NCBI GenBank assembly: GCA_046538485.1
Contig: JBKHIT010000016.1
Coordinates: forward strand, 1 to 64,000
Source: Candidatus Brocadiia bacterium
GTDB lineage: Bacteria > Planctomycetota > Brocadiia > SM23-32
Direction of reading: 5' to 3'
Length of the DNA stretch: 64,000 nucleotides
Shown here: one piece after another, positions 41,773-51,288 of the stretch
How the letters are laid out: every line of letters starts with the position of its first letter
Numbering within the stretch: the first letter of the stretch is position 1
Made by a program: the position numbers and the translations under genes
Notes under the pieces: model-generated
Seen by the model: the letters and a program-made list of their open reading frames with translations, nothing else
Database searches by the model: none
What the model was told of the DNA's origin: nothing

Positions 41773-41816
41773 GTGAGCGGACTGGACTTCAGCCAGAGGC
41801 TGGAGTTCAGAACGCG
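41773..41816. repeat. short copy of the CTGAA(C/G)TCCAG repeat family
   Basis: GTGAGCGGACTGGACTTCAGC...GCTGGAGTTCAGAACGCG matches cluster B. Confidence 0.75.
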
Positions 41817-41956
41817 CTCATAATAAGGATATGGATGTGGGAAAAAGCAGAAGAGGCAGAAAGGGGAAATCGGACGTTACGGAGAGCACCTGCCCGTTTC
41901 GAACGCGATCTTGACGCCATTGAGTCCAGGTCCCGTCGCCAGGCGTTTGGCCGCGG

Positions 41957-42412
41957 TCAGCGTTTCTGGCGGAAGAAAGACTGCATAAGTTCGCGGGTTT
42001 CGTCGGCGAGCACTCCGCCTTCGATTTCCACCTGGTGGTTGAAAGCGCTGATATTAAGGAGGTTGACGACGCTTCCGCAGGCGCCGCTTTTGGGATCGCT
42101 GAGTCCGTAGACCAGGCGTGAGACTCTCGCGTTGAGCAATGCCCCTGCGCACATGCAACATGGTTCAAGCGTGCAATAGACCGTGGTGTCGGTCAGACGC
42201 CAGTCTCCGCGTTTTTCTGCGGCCCGGCGGAGTGCCAGCATTTCGGCGTGGGCGGTGGGATCCTTGCTTGAAGCTCTCGTGTTGTGGGCGCGAGCCAACT
42301 CGTTTTGGCCGACCACGATTACGCAACCGACGGGTACCTGTTCCTCTTCGGCTGCGGCACGAGCCTCTTTGAGAGCTTCTCGCATCCATTTTTCTTCTGA
42401 TTGTTTGCTCAA
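41957..42412 (-). CDS. tadA: tRNA adenosine(34) deaminase
   Basis: VPVGCVIV, DPTAHAE, TLEPCCMC, NHQV. Confidence 0.93.
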   Translation of the reverse strand: MSKQSEEKWMREALKEARAAAEEEQVPVGCVIVVGQNELARAHNTRASSKDPTAHAEMLALRRAAEKRGDWRLTDTTVYCTLEPCCMCAGALLNARVSRLVYGLSDPKSGACGSVVNLLNISAFNHQVEIEGGVLADETRELMQSFFRQKR

Positions 42413-42576
42413 AAGACATCTCCTCGTCGAGATAATGGCGCTGCTGCTTTAACCAGCACGCCCTTGAGATTAGAATAAGTAAACGGCGCGGGCCGGGAAG
42501 TCAAGTGTTTTTGAGCGGGAGATCCAGACTGAACGCTTTCCCGGATGTTTTCCTTGATGCGGGGAGGATGAGAAAT

Positions 42577-43620
42577 ATGTTCGAGATGACGGTTGCAGAG
42601 ATTTGTGAGCTGACGGACGGTCGCCTTCATGGTCCAGAGAACGTTGCTATTTCCGGGGTCCGTGATCTCGATCATGCGGGGCCGGGAGACCTGTCTTTCG
42701 CCGGCGATGAGTCGCGGAGCGAGAAAGCTGCTTCGTCCAGTGCTGGAGCGTTGCTCACTGCGGAAAAAATTGAGGATTTCGACGGCACCCAAATCGTCTG
42801 TGACGATGTTGAAAAGGCACTGGTGGCTGTTCTGAAGGAGGTCCGTAATACTCTCTACCCTCGCCCAACCGGAATAAGCAACAAAGCGTCGATCAGTGCG
42901 GATGCGACCCTTGGCGATGAAGTATCAGTTGGGGATTATGCGGTTATTGAAGCGAATGCGGAGATTGCAGCAGGAGTTACTATCTACCCGCTGGCTTACA
43001 TCGGGCGGAGCGTGCAAATTGGCGCTGGGACCGTCGTTCACCCGCATGCGACGATTTGCGCCGGGGCCCGGATCGGGGGAAATTGTGAAATCCACCCGAA
43101 CGTCGTCATAGCTGATGACGGCTTTGGATATTTCCAGCGTGAGGGCAAGAGCACAAAATTTCCGCACATCGGGACGGTTCGCATAGGTGACAATGTTTCT
43201 GTTCACGGTCTTTCTTCGATTGACAGGGGTATGGTCGAAGATACGGTTGTGGGCGAGGGCGTTAAGGTCGACAAACATTGCCAGATCGCGCACAACTGCG
43301 AGGTGGGCGAGCATTGCATTATGGCGGGGGGAGCGCAGGTGGCAGGGAGCTGCACTCTGGGCAAATTCGTTGTCCTGGGGGGGATGGCGGGGGTTGCCGA
43401 TCATGTTCAAATCGGTGAAGGAAGCCAGTTCGGCGGCAAGAGCGGCATTACGAGGGATGTGAAACCGGGATCGAAAATGTTTGGGACGCCCGCACGGCCT
43501 TTCAAACAGCAAATGCGAATCCATGTTTTGCAGGCCAGATTGCCCAATATGCGAAACCGGATTAAAAAGCTCGAAAAAGAAATCGTGGAATTAAAAAAAA
43601 GACTTGACGACAAACTGTAA
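42577..43620 (+). CDS. lpxD: UDP-3-O-acyl-glucosamine N-acyltransferase
   Basis: Hexapeptide repeats, DGFGY, IDRG, QIAHNC; ATG 42577 after GGAGG. Confidence 0.93.
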   Translation: MFEMTVAEICELTDGRLHGPENVAISGVRDLDHAGPGDLSFAGDESRSEKAASSSAGALLTAEKIEDFDGTQIVCDDVEKALVAVLKEVRNTLYPRPTGISNKASISADATLGDEVSVGDYAVIEANAEIAAGVTIYPLAYIGRSVQIGAGTVVHPHATICAGARIGGNCEIHPNVVIADDGFGYFQREGKSTKFPHIGTVRIGDNVSVHGLSSIDRGMVEDTVVGEGVKVDKHCQIAHNCEVGEHCIMAGGAQVAGSCTLGKFVVLGGMAGVADHVQIGEGSQFGGKSGITRDVKPGSKMFGTPARPFKQQMRIHVLQARLPNMRNRIKKLEKEIVELKKRLDDKL

Positions 43621-43702
43621 GAAGTCTGGAAATTCAGGTGTCAAATCTTTTAAGATAAAACCATTCGCTATAGGTTTTTGTTCACAAATTCCGGAGGACA
43701 TT

Positions 43703-45133
43703 ATGTTGCGAAAAACTTGTGTAATCGCATTGTGCCTGGCCTTCTTGCTGGTGGGTTGTCGCAAGAAAGGCGAATCTGCGGGAGGAACCGCAAACGAAGT
43801 CGGCGGTGTTTCGAAGGCGAAAGAAAAAACCCCGCCGGGATACGTACGGATTCCGGATACGTCTCGCGTGGCTTTCGTGCGAAAGGACCCGCTGAGGATT
43901 GGAGAGTATGTCGCGTATTTAAAAGAAACGGGACAGAACCTTCCCGACAGGCTTAAGTCTCCCGATGTTGATTATCAGGATCCTGTTACCGGGCTTTCAC
44001 GGCAGCAGGCTCAGGAGGCGGCCGGGTGGCAGATGCTTCGGATGCTTACGGCCGAGGAATGGGAAAAAGGGAAGAAACTTGGTCTACAAGGCGAGTATCC
44101 CTGGGGCGAAACGGTTTCAGAGGAAGATCGCAAAAAACGGAAAATATTTTTAGTTCGGGATTGGGCAAGCAAAAACAGCCCGAAATATAAAACCGCCAAA
44201 GAAAACAAAGGGGAAATCCGCAAAAAATACCTCTCTAAATACCGACAAGCGGTCAAAGAGTTCCAGGACAAAATACAAAAGACGGTTCAAGAAACCACAG
44301 AGGAGCTAAAGGAGAAGTGGAAAGCTCTTAAACCGAAGATGTTTGATCTCGCCGAAGCGAAAAAACGTATTCGGGAGAATGAAGCCTGGGAAGCTGAAAA
44401 TGTGAATGTGATCCAGGTGTTGCGAAAACTGCAGCAAAAAAAACTCCAGTTTGTCAATAAAAAGTTTGCCGACGGTGCTACGGATGAGAGTGTTGCAAAG
44501 GCGAAGAAGGCCTATGAGGCGTATATTGAAACTGCCCGAGAAAAAATTGAGGCGAGACAAAAGGAATTGCTTCAAGATGTTCATAAGGCCAGCGATAAAG
44601 TTGTCGAACTAACGCAACAGATTGAAAAGGCCGGCGGGAATATAGGTAAGAATGTGGGTGACCTGATCACAGAGGTCCAGGAAATCCCCGCCGACGTCGA
44701 TGAAGTAGAGAAAGTAAATAAACAAATCGAGCGGATACGGGATATTCGCAGCAAAGCCGTCGCTCTTGGCGAGAAGCAAAGTGACATTTTGGGGAAAATG
44801 CTCGCGGAGGTGGAGGAAGAGCTCAAAACGGTCAATAAAAAGTTGCGGAAAATAGAAGAGGAAGAAGACACTCCCCCGGCTAAAATAGATAAATTGAAAG
44901 AGAGCCTCAAGAAAATGAATGAGAGACTGGAGGCTCAATTTGAACAAGAAAACGCTGTGATAAATGCCGTCAAAAAACTCGCTGATCTCGCTGCCCGGAA
45001 AAAAGCTTTACAGACACAAATTAACCAGCTGCAAGAGACATTGGAGGTTTTTAAAGAGAACGATATAGAGCCTCCACAGGAAGAACAGCCAGAGAAGACG
45101 GAAGCCCAACCGGAGGGAGAAACCGGGAACTAA
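43703..45133 (+). CDS. lipoprotein with a partial FGE/SUMF1-like domain and a long coiled coil
   Basis: Lipobox LLVGC; DPVTGLS..QA...W..LRMLTAEEWEK...YPWG; long K/E-rich heptad region. Confidence 0.7.
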   Translation: MLRKTCVIALCLAFLLVGCRKKGESAGGTANEVGGVSKAKEKTPPGYVRIPDTSRVAFVRKDPLRIGEYVAYLKETGQNLPDRLKSPDVDYQDPVTGLSRQQAQEAAGWQMLRMLTAEEWEKGKKLGLQGEYPWGETVSEEDRKKRKIFLVRDWASKNSPKYKTAKENKGEIRKKYLSKYRQAVKEFQDKIQKTVQETTEELKEKWKALKPKMFDLAEAKKRIRENEAWEAENVNVIQVLRKLQQKKLQFVNKKFADGATDESVAKAKKAYEAYIETAREKIEARQKELLQDVHKASDKVVELTQQIEKAGGNIGKNVGDLITEVQEIPADVDEVEKVNKQIERIRDIRSKAVALGEKQSDILGKMLAEVEEELKTVNKKLRKIEEEEDTPPAKIDKLKESLKKMNERLEAQFEQENAVINAVKKLADLAARKKALQTQINQLQETLEVFKENDIEPPQEEQPEKTEAQPEGETGN

Positions 45134-45228
45134 ACTGGTTGGTAGCGAATTGGGCGCCACACATCACCGGGTCTTCAGCATCGAAGAGGTTTCATTCGTC
45201 CGTTCATAGACATTAAGGTGCCCGGATC

Positions 45229-46065
45229 GTGCATGAGTTTCTCAACCACATCATTCTCGGCATTCTCCAGGGGATTACAGAATTCCTCCCTGTGAGCAGT
45301 TCGGGCCACCTTGTGGTAGCTCAAAAATTGCTGGGTGTCAACGAGCCAGGATTTTTTGTTGAGATCTGTCTCCATTTCGGGACGCTGGTGGCTATCATTA
45401 TTGTCTTCCGCCGGCAACTGCTGGAGTTGACGCGAGACGGTCTCGTGGGTGCCTGGGTCACTGCGCATTCTTTAAGCCTCAAAAAAGCCCGGGATGCTGC
45501 CCCTGCTTTTCCCACCGCTGTTGCCATCGTGATCGGGACTGTGCCCGCTGCTTGCGCTGGAGTCCTGCTGGAGGATACGATCGCCCGAATATTCGAGGGC
45601 AACACAGTGCTGACCGGTATGATGTTATTTTTGACGGGCGTGGTTCTTTTGGCCAGCCGCTTTGCGCGCCGGGATGGAAGCCGTGAGGTCAACGGCGGGA
45701 GGGGGTTTTGCGTGGGCATCGCACAGGCATGTGCATTGTTGCCCGGCATCAGTCGGTCGGGGATGACAATTGTGGCGGGATATTTTCTGGGTTTGGAGAA
45801 GCAAACCGCGGCACATTTCGCGTTTCTACTGGCGGTTCCCATAATGCTCGGAGCCGTGGGATGGGATACGATCCGCATAATGATGGGAAGCGCGCCCTTT
45901 CAGGTCGAAGCTGCAGAGATCGGTCCGCTCATGGCCGGTAGTTTTCTTGCGGCAATCGTGGGTTGGGTTTGTCTGAAGCTGCTCTTAAAAACCGTATCGA
46001 AGGGCAAACTGTACTGGTTTTCTGCTTATTGCATGCCAATGGGGCTTATCCTTTTGTTTGTCTGA
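45229..46065 (+). CDS. uppP: undecaprenyl-diphosphate phosphatase
   Basis: QGITEFLPVSSSGH and PGISRSG motifs. Confidence 0.95.
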   Translation: MHEFLNHIILGILQGITEFLPVSSSGHLVVAQKLLGVNEPGFFVEICLHFGTLVAIIIVFRRQLLELTRDGLVGAWVTAHSLSLKKARDAAPAFPTAVAIVIGTVPAACAGVLLEDTIARIFEGNTVLTGMMLFLTGVVLLASRFARRDGSREVNGGRGFCVGIAQACALLPGISRSGMTIVAGYFLGLEKQTAAHFAFLLAVPIMLGAVGWDTIRIMMGSAPFQVEAAEIGPLMAGSFLAAIVGWVCLKLLLKTVSKGKLYWFSAYCMPMGLILLFV

Positions 46066-46239
46066 AAAATAACAGTCAGACTTTTCTCCCTTTGCTATTC
46101 TTATCACTGAAATTTCTTGCGCGAGATTTTTTGGATATTGACTAATTTTTTATCTGCGTGTACGATGGTTTATGTACGTGGTTTAATTTCCGCTCTTGTG
46201 AGGGCGGTTACTCTTTTTTTCTCAGGAGGTCGCCGAATT

Positions 46240-47127
46240 ATGTTAAAGTGGTCTCGTCTGGTACGTTGCGCTGTTATCCTGGCCGTAGCGTTACTTTTCG
46301 CGGCTCCGGGGCCCAAGGATAAAAAGGCAGAACCAAAGGGCAAAGCAGCAGAGAAAAGACAAAAGAAGCATAGAAAGAAAAAGAAGAACAAAGATAAACA
46401 TCGCGCGGTCAAGAAATTCATACACCGGGCAACGAGCATAGCGCATCCGCGGCACGTTTCCCCTGGAAGCTGGGATCCGCTCCAGGTTTACCGGCGTCTC
46501 TTTAGTCTCAATGAGACTCAGAAAAAGCAGCTGATGGAACTGCAGGAGCAACGCAATGAAGAGCGCCAGGAAATGATTGCACAGTTAAATGAGAAATACG
46601 CTGAGAAAGCCGAGGGGATTCTCATACCAGAACAAAAAGAGCGATACAAAGCTGTCGATGGCGCTCTCCAAACCTACCGCGAGAACGTGGCGGAATCGCG
46701 AGATAAACTTCTGGCGAAAACTAAGGAACCGCTTTCACGGTTAGTCAAACGCGGCTACGTTCCTCACCTCAGAGATTTGTATCGTCACGCCAATTTGGGA
46801 CTGACCGGCGAACAGAAGAAAAAGCGCGATCAGTATTACGAAGAGAACAGGAAGGCGATGAAAGAAGCCCTGGCAAATCTGGAGAAACCCAGCGGCCGGA
46901 AGGATATGGAGGCCTGGAAGAATTACCATAAAAAATTGCGGGAAATCAAGGGGCAAGGCCGAAACGATTTAACACAGAAAATCGAGAGCCTGCTCACGCC
47001 TGAACAAAAAAAGCACCTTGAAGAGGTCAAAGAGGCCGTCAGTCTATATCACGAGGAGACCCAGAAATACCGCGAACAAATGCGGGAAGACCTCGAGGAA
47101 TTGTTTCAGACCGATCAGACCGAGTAA
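46240..47127 (+). CDS. exported helical protein (Spy/CpxP-like LTxEQ repeats)
   Basis: Signal peptide; LNETQ, LIPEQ, LTGEQ and LTPEQ motifs; AGGAGG RBS. Confidence 0.65.
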   Translation: MLKWSRLVRCAVILAVALLFAAPGPKDKKAEPKGKAAEKRQKKHRKKKKNKDKHRAVKKFIHRATSIAHPRHVSPGSWDPLQVYRRLFSLNETQKKQLMELQEQRNEERQEMIAQLNEKYAEKAEGILIPEQKERYKAVDGALQTYRENVAESRDKLLAKTKEPLSRLVKRGYVPHLRDLYRHANLGLTGEQKKKRDQYYEENRKAMKEALANLEKPSGRKDMEAWKNYHKKLREIKGQGRNDLTQKIESLLTPEQKKHLEEVKEAVSLYHEETQKYREQMREDLEELFQTDQTE

Positions 47128-47131
47128 TTTC

Positions 47132-47764
47132 TTACTGTGCGCCCGCGGGGGACGGCGGTCCCCCGCGGATGGCAATGGTTTCGAGGATTGCGCTCACAAG
47201 CAGAAGCGGAAAAATCAGGGCGAAATAAGCTTCTGCTCTCTCCCCGAACAGTCGGGCGTAACTATCCCCTTTTTGAGCCATGTGGCCGAGCCGGATGCCC
47301 ATCGCCAGTGTGTACCAGAAACAGGGCAGCTCCAAAACGAAAACCAGCAGCCCGCAGACGGGGGCAAGAGATGCGGGCGGTTGCCAGCCCGTCTCGGATA
47401 TTTCCGTCATCCGTCCGGCCATCCACCCATTATTTTTGCTCGTTTCCACCCCGACAATTCCCACGTTGAGCCCGGTCCAGACAGCAAAAAGTTTGGGCAG
47501 AAGCGGGTGAAAGCCACTGGCCAGAAATAAGAGCATCACGGCGGAATTGTAGAGCCAGATGACACCTGCCACGCGCCAGAACACGGGTCGTCTTCCCATA
47601 AAACGCAGAACGATCTCGAAGATACGACGAGGCAGCCAGCCCACGGCGCTAAGCTTGTACCGCACCACCGGAACCGCTGCAAAGAGACCGACCCCGAAAA
47701 GCAGCGCGCTGTGAAGGGCAAGGCGTGAGTGGTTTATAAAGACGAATTTGAGCAGTTCCAACAC
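47132..47764 (-). CDS. membrane protein (SpoIIM-like)
   Basis: Multiple TM segments; VLELPCFW...GIRLG; PLLLVSAILE. Confidence 0.6.
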   Translation of the reverse strand: MLELLKFVFINHSRLALHSALLFGVGLFAAVPVVRYKLSAVGWLPRRIFEIVLRFMGRRPVFWRVAGVIWLYNSAVMLLFLASGFHPLLPKLFAVWTGLNVGIVGVETSKNNGWMAGRMTEISETGWQPPASLAPVCGLLVFVLELPCFWYTLAMGIRLGHMAQKGDSYARLFGERAEAYFALIFPLLLVSAILETIAIRGGPPSPAGAQ

Positions 47765-47767
47765 TGT

Positions 47768-48646
47768 TTAGCTCTGTCTTCGCGCGCACTCAACCGTATT
47801 TTTCAGCAGCATGGCTGTCGTGACGAGTCCGACTCCGCCCGGAACGGGGGTGATGGCGCGTGCCACTTTGCTGGCGGCTTCAAACTCGACATCTCCAACG
47901 ATCCTGGTCTTTTTCTCCCCGTCCTCTTCCACCTTGACCCGGTTGATTCCCACGTCGATCACGACGGCTCCCTCTTTGATCATGTCGCCTTTGACAAGAC
48001 CGGCTTTTCCGGCGGCAACGATGAGAATCTCGGCCCGGCGGGTATGGAACGCGAGGTCTTCGGTGGCTATGTGGCAACATGTAGCGGTGGGAGATTCCAT
48101 CAATGATCTCAAAAGCATCACAAGGGTCGGTTTGCCCACGATTTCGCTATGCCCAACAACGACGGTTTCTTTCCCTTTCAGATCGACGCCGTAATCTTCG
48201 AGCATCGTAATGACGGCGTGGGGCGTGCAGGGGGCGAGGGAAAAGTCGCCGAAGAACAATTTCCCAATATTGGCAGGATTCATCCCTTCCACGTCTTTTT
48301 CGGGTGCGATTTCCTGCTGGATTTCCCTCGGATCAATGCCTTCCGGGACAGGCATCAGCAGGATTATGCCATCGACATCTTCGGCGTGATTCAACTGCCG
48401 AACATAGTCTTTCATTTCCTGGCCGGTCTCGAGTCCCCCGCTCTTTTCTTGGTCGTGGAGTTCATACTCTATACCCACTTCCGCACACGATTTGCGCTGG
48501 CTTTTGGCGTAATAGCGAGCTCCGGGGTTATCAGTGGCCAGAATGGCCGCCAGTTTTGGCGGATTTGGCATTTGTTCTACCGCCTGTGAGACCTCATCTT
48601 TAATGCGTTCGGCAATCGGTTTCCCATCAATTAAATCGGCACTCAT
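47768..48646 (-). CDS. folD: bifunctional methylenetetrahydrofolate dehydrogenase/cyclohydrolase
   Basis: LIDGK, KDVEG, PCTP, VIDVGINR, TPVPGGVG; ATG 48646 after GGAG. Confidence 0.95.
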   Translation of the reverse strand: MSADLIDGKPIAERIKDEVSQAVEQMPNPPKLAAILATDNPGARYYAKSQRKSCAEVGIEYELHDQEKSGGLETGQEMKDYVRQLNHAEDVDGIILLMPVPEGIDPREIQQEIAPEKDVEGMNPANIGKLFFGDFSLAPCTPHAVITMLEDYGVDLKGKETVVVGHSEIVGKPTLVMLLRSLMESPTATCCHIATEDLAFHTRRAEILIVAAGKAGLVKGDMIKEGAVVIDVGINRVKVEEDGEKKTRIVGDVEFEAASKVARAITPVPGGVGLVTTAMLLKNTVECARRQS

Positions 48647-48660
48647 AAAAGCTCCTTCAA

Positions 48661-49374
48661 TCAGAAAGATGCAGTCAGTACTTTGCGCAGTTCCTCTTCT
48701 ATCCAAACGTGCGCGTCGGAAAGGCAAAAGGGACCGTGTCCCGGATAAATAATGTCCGGGGGGTCTTCCAGCAACCTGACCAGTGAACTGGCGGCTTGTT
48801 CCGAATCATATCCAAAACGATCCCGGTGCGATTTCAGTCCTGGATTGCGCACCACATCCCCCGAGAATAAAATTCGGTGGTCACCCGCACCCAGTTCGTA
48901 TCCCATACATCCCGGGGAATGACCGGGAAGCGCAACGGCTCGGATTTGCATGGCTCCTACCTCAAGTGATTCCCCATCTTCCACCACGGTAATCTCTTTT
49001 TCACAGGGAGGAAATTCGTGGTGGTAGCAGTAGGATGCTGTGCGCAGATCTCCGGCTTCCACGGCTTCAGCGGTCTGTTGAGAAGCCAGGACCTCAATTC
49101 CCATTTTCTGAATAGCGTCCGTAGCCGCAACGTGGGGAAAATGGGCGTGAGTCAACAAAAGATGGCTGATGTCCGAGACCTCAAAATCCATCTGGCGGAC
49201 GTTGTCAAGAATCCCGGGGAGACTTTCTCCGCACCCGCAATCGACCATGATGAACGTATCGCCGCTGTCTACAAGATAAACATTGGCATCATTTGCCGGC
49301 CAATCCACCCGGACCCGATTGAAATCCTGGCCACCGATCAGAAAGACCGGTCCGATGAGTTGCATCTCTATCAT
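48661..49374 (-). CDS. MBL-fold metallo-hydrolase (atypical HAHFPH motif)
   Basis: VDCG, THAHFPH, PGHSPG, FSGD, PGHG. Confidence 0.82.
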   Translation of the reverse strand: MIEMQLIGPVFLIGGQDFNRVRVDWPANDANVYLVDSGDTFIMVDCGCGESLPGILDNVRQMDFEVSDISHLLLTHAHFPHVAATDAIQKMGIEVLASQQTAEAVEAGDLRTASYCYHHEFPPCEKEITVVEDGESLEVGAMQIRAVALPGHSPGCMGYELGAGDHRILFSGDVVRNPGLKSHRDRFGYDSEQAASSLVRLLEDPPDIIYPGHGPFCLSDAHVWIEEELRKVLTASF

Positions 49375-49487
49375 GACAGTCCTCCGGGCTGGATTAATCG
49401 ATAGTTTTGGGCGCGGCGGAATCCTTATTAAACGGCAACCTCGAAGATGTGTCAAGGACTACCCCGTGTAATTCCGGCTGTTCACTT

Positions 49488-49516
49488 TTGGTTTCCGGAG
49501 GAGAATCTCCTATCTT
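49488..49516 (+). promoter_or_regulatory. sigma70-type promoter for the putative 6S RNA
   Basis: TTGGTT-17 bp-TATCTT ends about 6 nt before the predicted RNA 5' end. Confidence 0.55.
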
Positions 49517-49521
49517 GCCTG

Positions 49522-49697
49522 TGGCCCTCGGCGTTCTGTCAGTGTGAACCAGCCAACGTGTCGTCGCCAAAACCGGTGACCGGCAGGGATATTTAAGTGC
49601 CGTGCGTCTGGTATGCCTGTCATACAACGCGGTTGGCTGATTCGCGGTCGGCGAGTTTACAGCACGAACGGCGGCGGATTCCCCGAACGCCGCGCCA
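49522..49697 (+). ncRNA. ssrS: putative 6S RNA
   Basis: 176 nt; the ends pair (CGGCGTTC/GAACGCCG, TGGC/GCCA); inner stem CAGCCAAC/GTTGGCTG; GTTC and TGAACC in 6S-like positions; G-U pairs favour the + strand. Confidence 0.55.
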
Positions 49698-49797
49698 GAT
49701 ATTACCACAGGAATACCCGAATGGGACGCAAAATCCAGATTGCTTCAAGCGGTACGAACAAAAGGTAAAAAGAACCGCCAATGGCACTGTCCCGGGT

Positions 49798-51288
49798 TCA
49801 GCGTGCTTCTTCGATGATGCTGCGTACGATACGGTCTTCGAATTTTTTCATGTGCCAGTTGCCGCCCCGGGTGAAACCGTTAATCATGATGCTGAAGGCG
49901 ACGCGGAGATCGGACTGAGTTCTGGCGTAGCCGCTCAGGCACCCGACACCGCGCAGGTAGCCGGTTTTGGCGCGGACACGTCCGCGACAGGTGGCATCTT
50001 TAAAACGGTCACTCAGAGTTCCTTCGCGTCCGCCAGCCGCCAATAAGTTGTGGAACAATTTTCCCTCGTCGGACTTATCCATTTTGATCAACACGGCACA
50101 GAGGGCAGCCGGGCAGAGCTTGTTATGACGGGACATTCCGCTGCCGTCGGCGAGAACCACCTGGCCGGGGCGAAAATGCAGTTTTTTGAGGAATTTTGCC
50201 GCCTGCCGCAGACCTTCTTCCCAGGAACCACTGTTGCCAGCTACCGCCCCAACCGTTTTGAGGACATGTTCGGCGTAGCTATTTTGGCTTTCTTTCAGCA
50301 TTGGAGCGAGAATCTGCTTCAGGGTTGAGCTGTGTTCGGCTACTTTCTTTGCGCCGGAATAAATTTTATGGCCTTTCGCCCCCCGGAGCCGTATACGGCC
50401 CTTAATCTGTATTCCTTTGCTTTTAAGGGTTTCGGCAAAAGCTGAACCTGCAAAGAGAGGCGGGTTGGGAACGGTCACACGGGCGGTATAACCCTCCGTT
50501 CCGGCTTTCGCCCGCCCACCAACTCGTATCCGGTTTGAGTTTTTTTTACGCTCGAACCATATTGCGTTGCGGGTAAGGCTTGTTTTGCAATAATTCGAGA
50601 CTTCCAGAATTGGGACATCTGGTTGGAGAGAAATCAGAGCCGGGGCACCTTTTCTTTTCGCAGGCTTTGCTGTGACGAAAACGCAATTTCCCTGAAACGA
50701 GAAACCCGCGACGGGCGCGCAGTAATATTTCCAAATTTGGTTTTCCGGCCAATTGGGATGGAAAAAACGTCGATCAAAGAATGTGTCGTCGACGATGATA
50801 TCGCCGGCTATAGAACGGATCCCTTGATCTACAAGCTTCTGAGCCCATTGCTGGAAGATCCCGTGGCTATCGGGCGCCCTGGCGTTACTTTCCTTTTTGG
50901 AGTATCCCAACGACGGGTCACCTCTACCTTTGAGTATTACGTGGCCATTGAGGGTCCCATCTTTTTGGAGATCTCCTTTCAGCCATACGGAGGTCAAGAA
51001 CTTGTATTCAACTCCAAGTTCGGTCAGCGCGACCGCTGCGGTCAATAACTTCTGATTTGATGCGGGTATCAGGGCAGTCATGGCGTTATGCGAATAGAGG
51101 ATGCGCTCGCTGTTAAGGGCTTCAACACGAACGCCCACAGTGGCACTCTTGAGTTTACTTTCGGCGAGGACATCTTCGATAGCATCCGCTAATTCACCGG
51201 CCGAGACGAGAGTTGCGAAAACCGTCAGAATCCCGACGAATGCAGATGTTTTGAGTCCGCCAGTTGTTTTTCGCTCAATAGTCATCAT
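49798..51288 (-). CDS. dacB: D-alanyl-D-alanine carboxypeptidase/endopeptidase (PBP4)
   Basis: PASNQK (SxxK), SQN (SxN), KTG, GRGDP, DGSGMSR; start uncertain. Confidence 0.92.
   Translation of the reverse strand: MMTIERKTTGGLKTSAFVGILTVFATLVSAGELADAIEDVLAESKLKSATVGVRVEALNSERILYSHNAMTALIPASNQKLLTAAVALTELGVEYKFLTSVWLKGDLQKDGTLNGHVILKGRGDPSLGYSKKESNARAPDSHGIFQQWAQKLVDQGIRSIAGDIIVDDTFFDRRFFHPNWPENQIWKYYCAPVAGFSFQGNCVFVTAKPAKRKGAPALISLQPDVPILEVSNYCKTSLTRNAIWFERKKNSNRIRVGGRAKAGTEGYTARVTVPNPPLFAGSAFAETLKSKGIQIKGRIRLRGAKGHKIYSGAKKVAEHSSTLKQILAPMLKESQNSYAEHVLKTVGAVAGNSGSWEEGLRQAAKFLKKLHFRPGQVVLADGSGMSRHNKLCPAALCAVLIKMDKSDEGKLFHNLLAAGGREGTLSDRFKDATCRGRVRAKTGYLRGVGCLSGYARTQSDLRVAFSIMINGFTRGGNWHMKKFEDRIVRSIIEEAR

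Noticed and set aside
14855..45133. Diversity-generating retroelement (Avd-like protein plus FGE-like domain)
   Set aside because: No reverse transcriptase, no repeat pair with adenine-specific mismatches, and the FGE-like domain lacks the C-terminal variable region.
49576..49613. ZMP/ZTP riboswitch-like words (GTGACCGGC...GCCGTGCGTCTGG) near folD
   Set aside because: Wrong strand for folD, the GGGGAG element is missing, and the region is better explained by the 6S-like fold.
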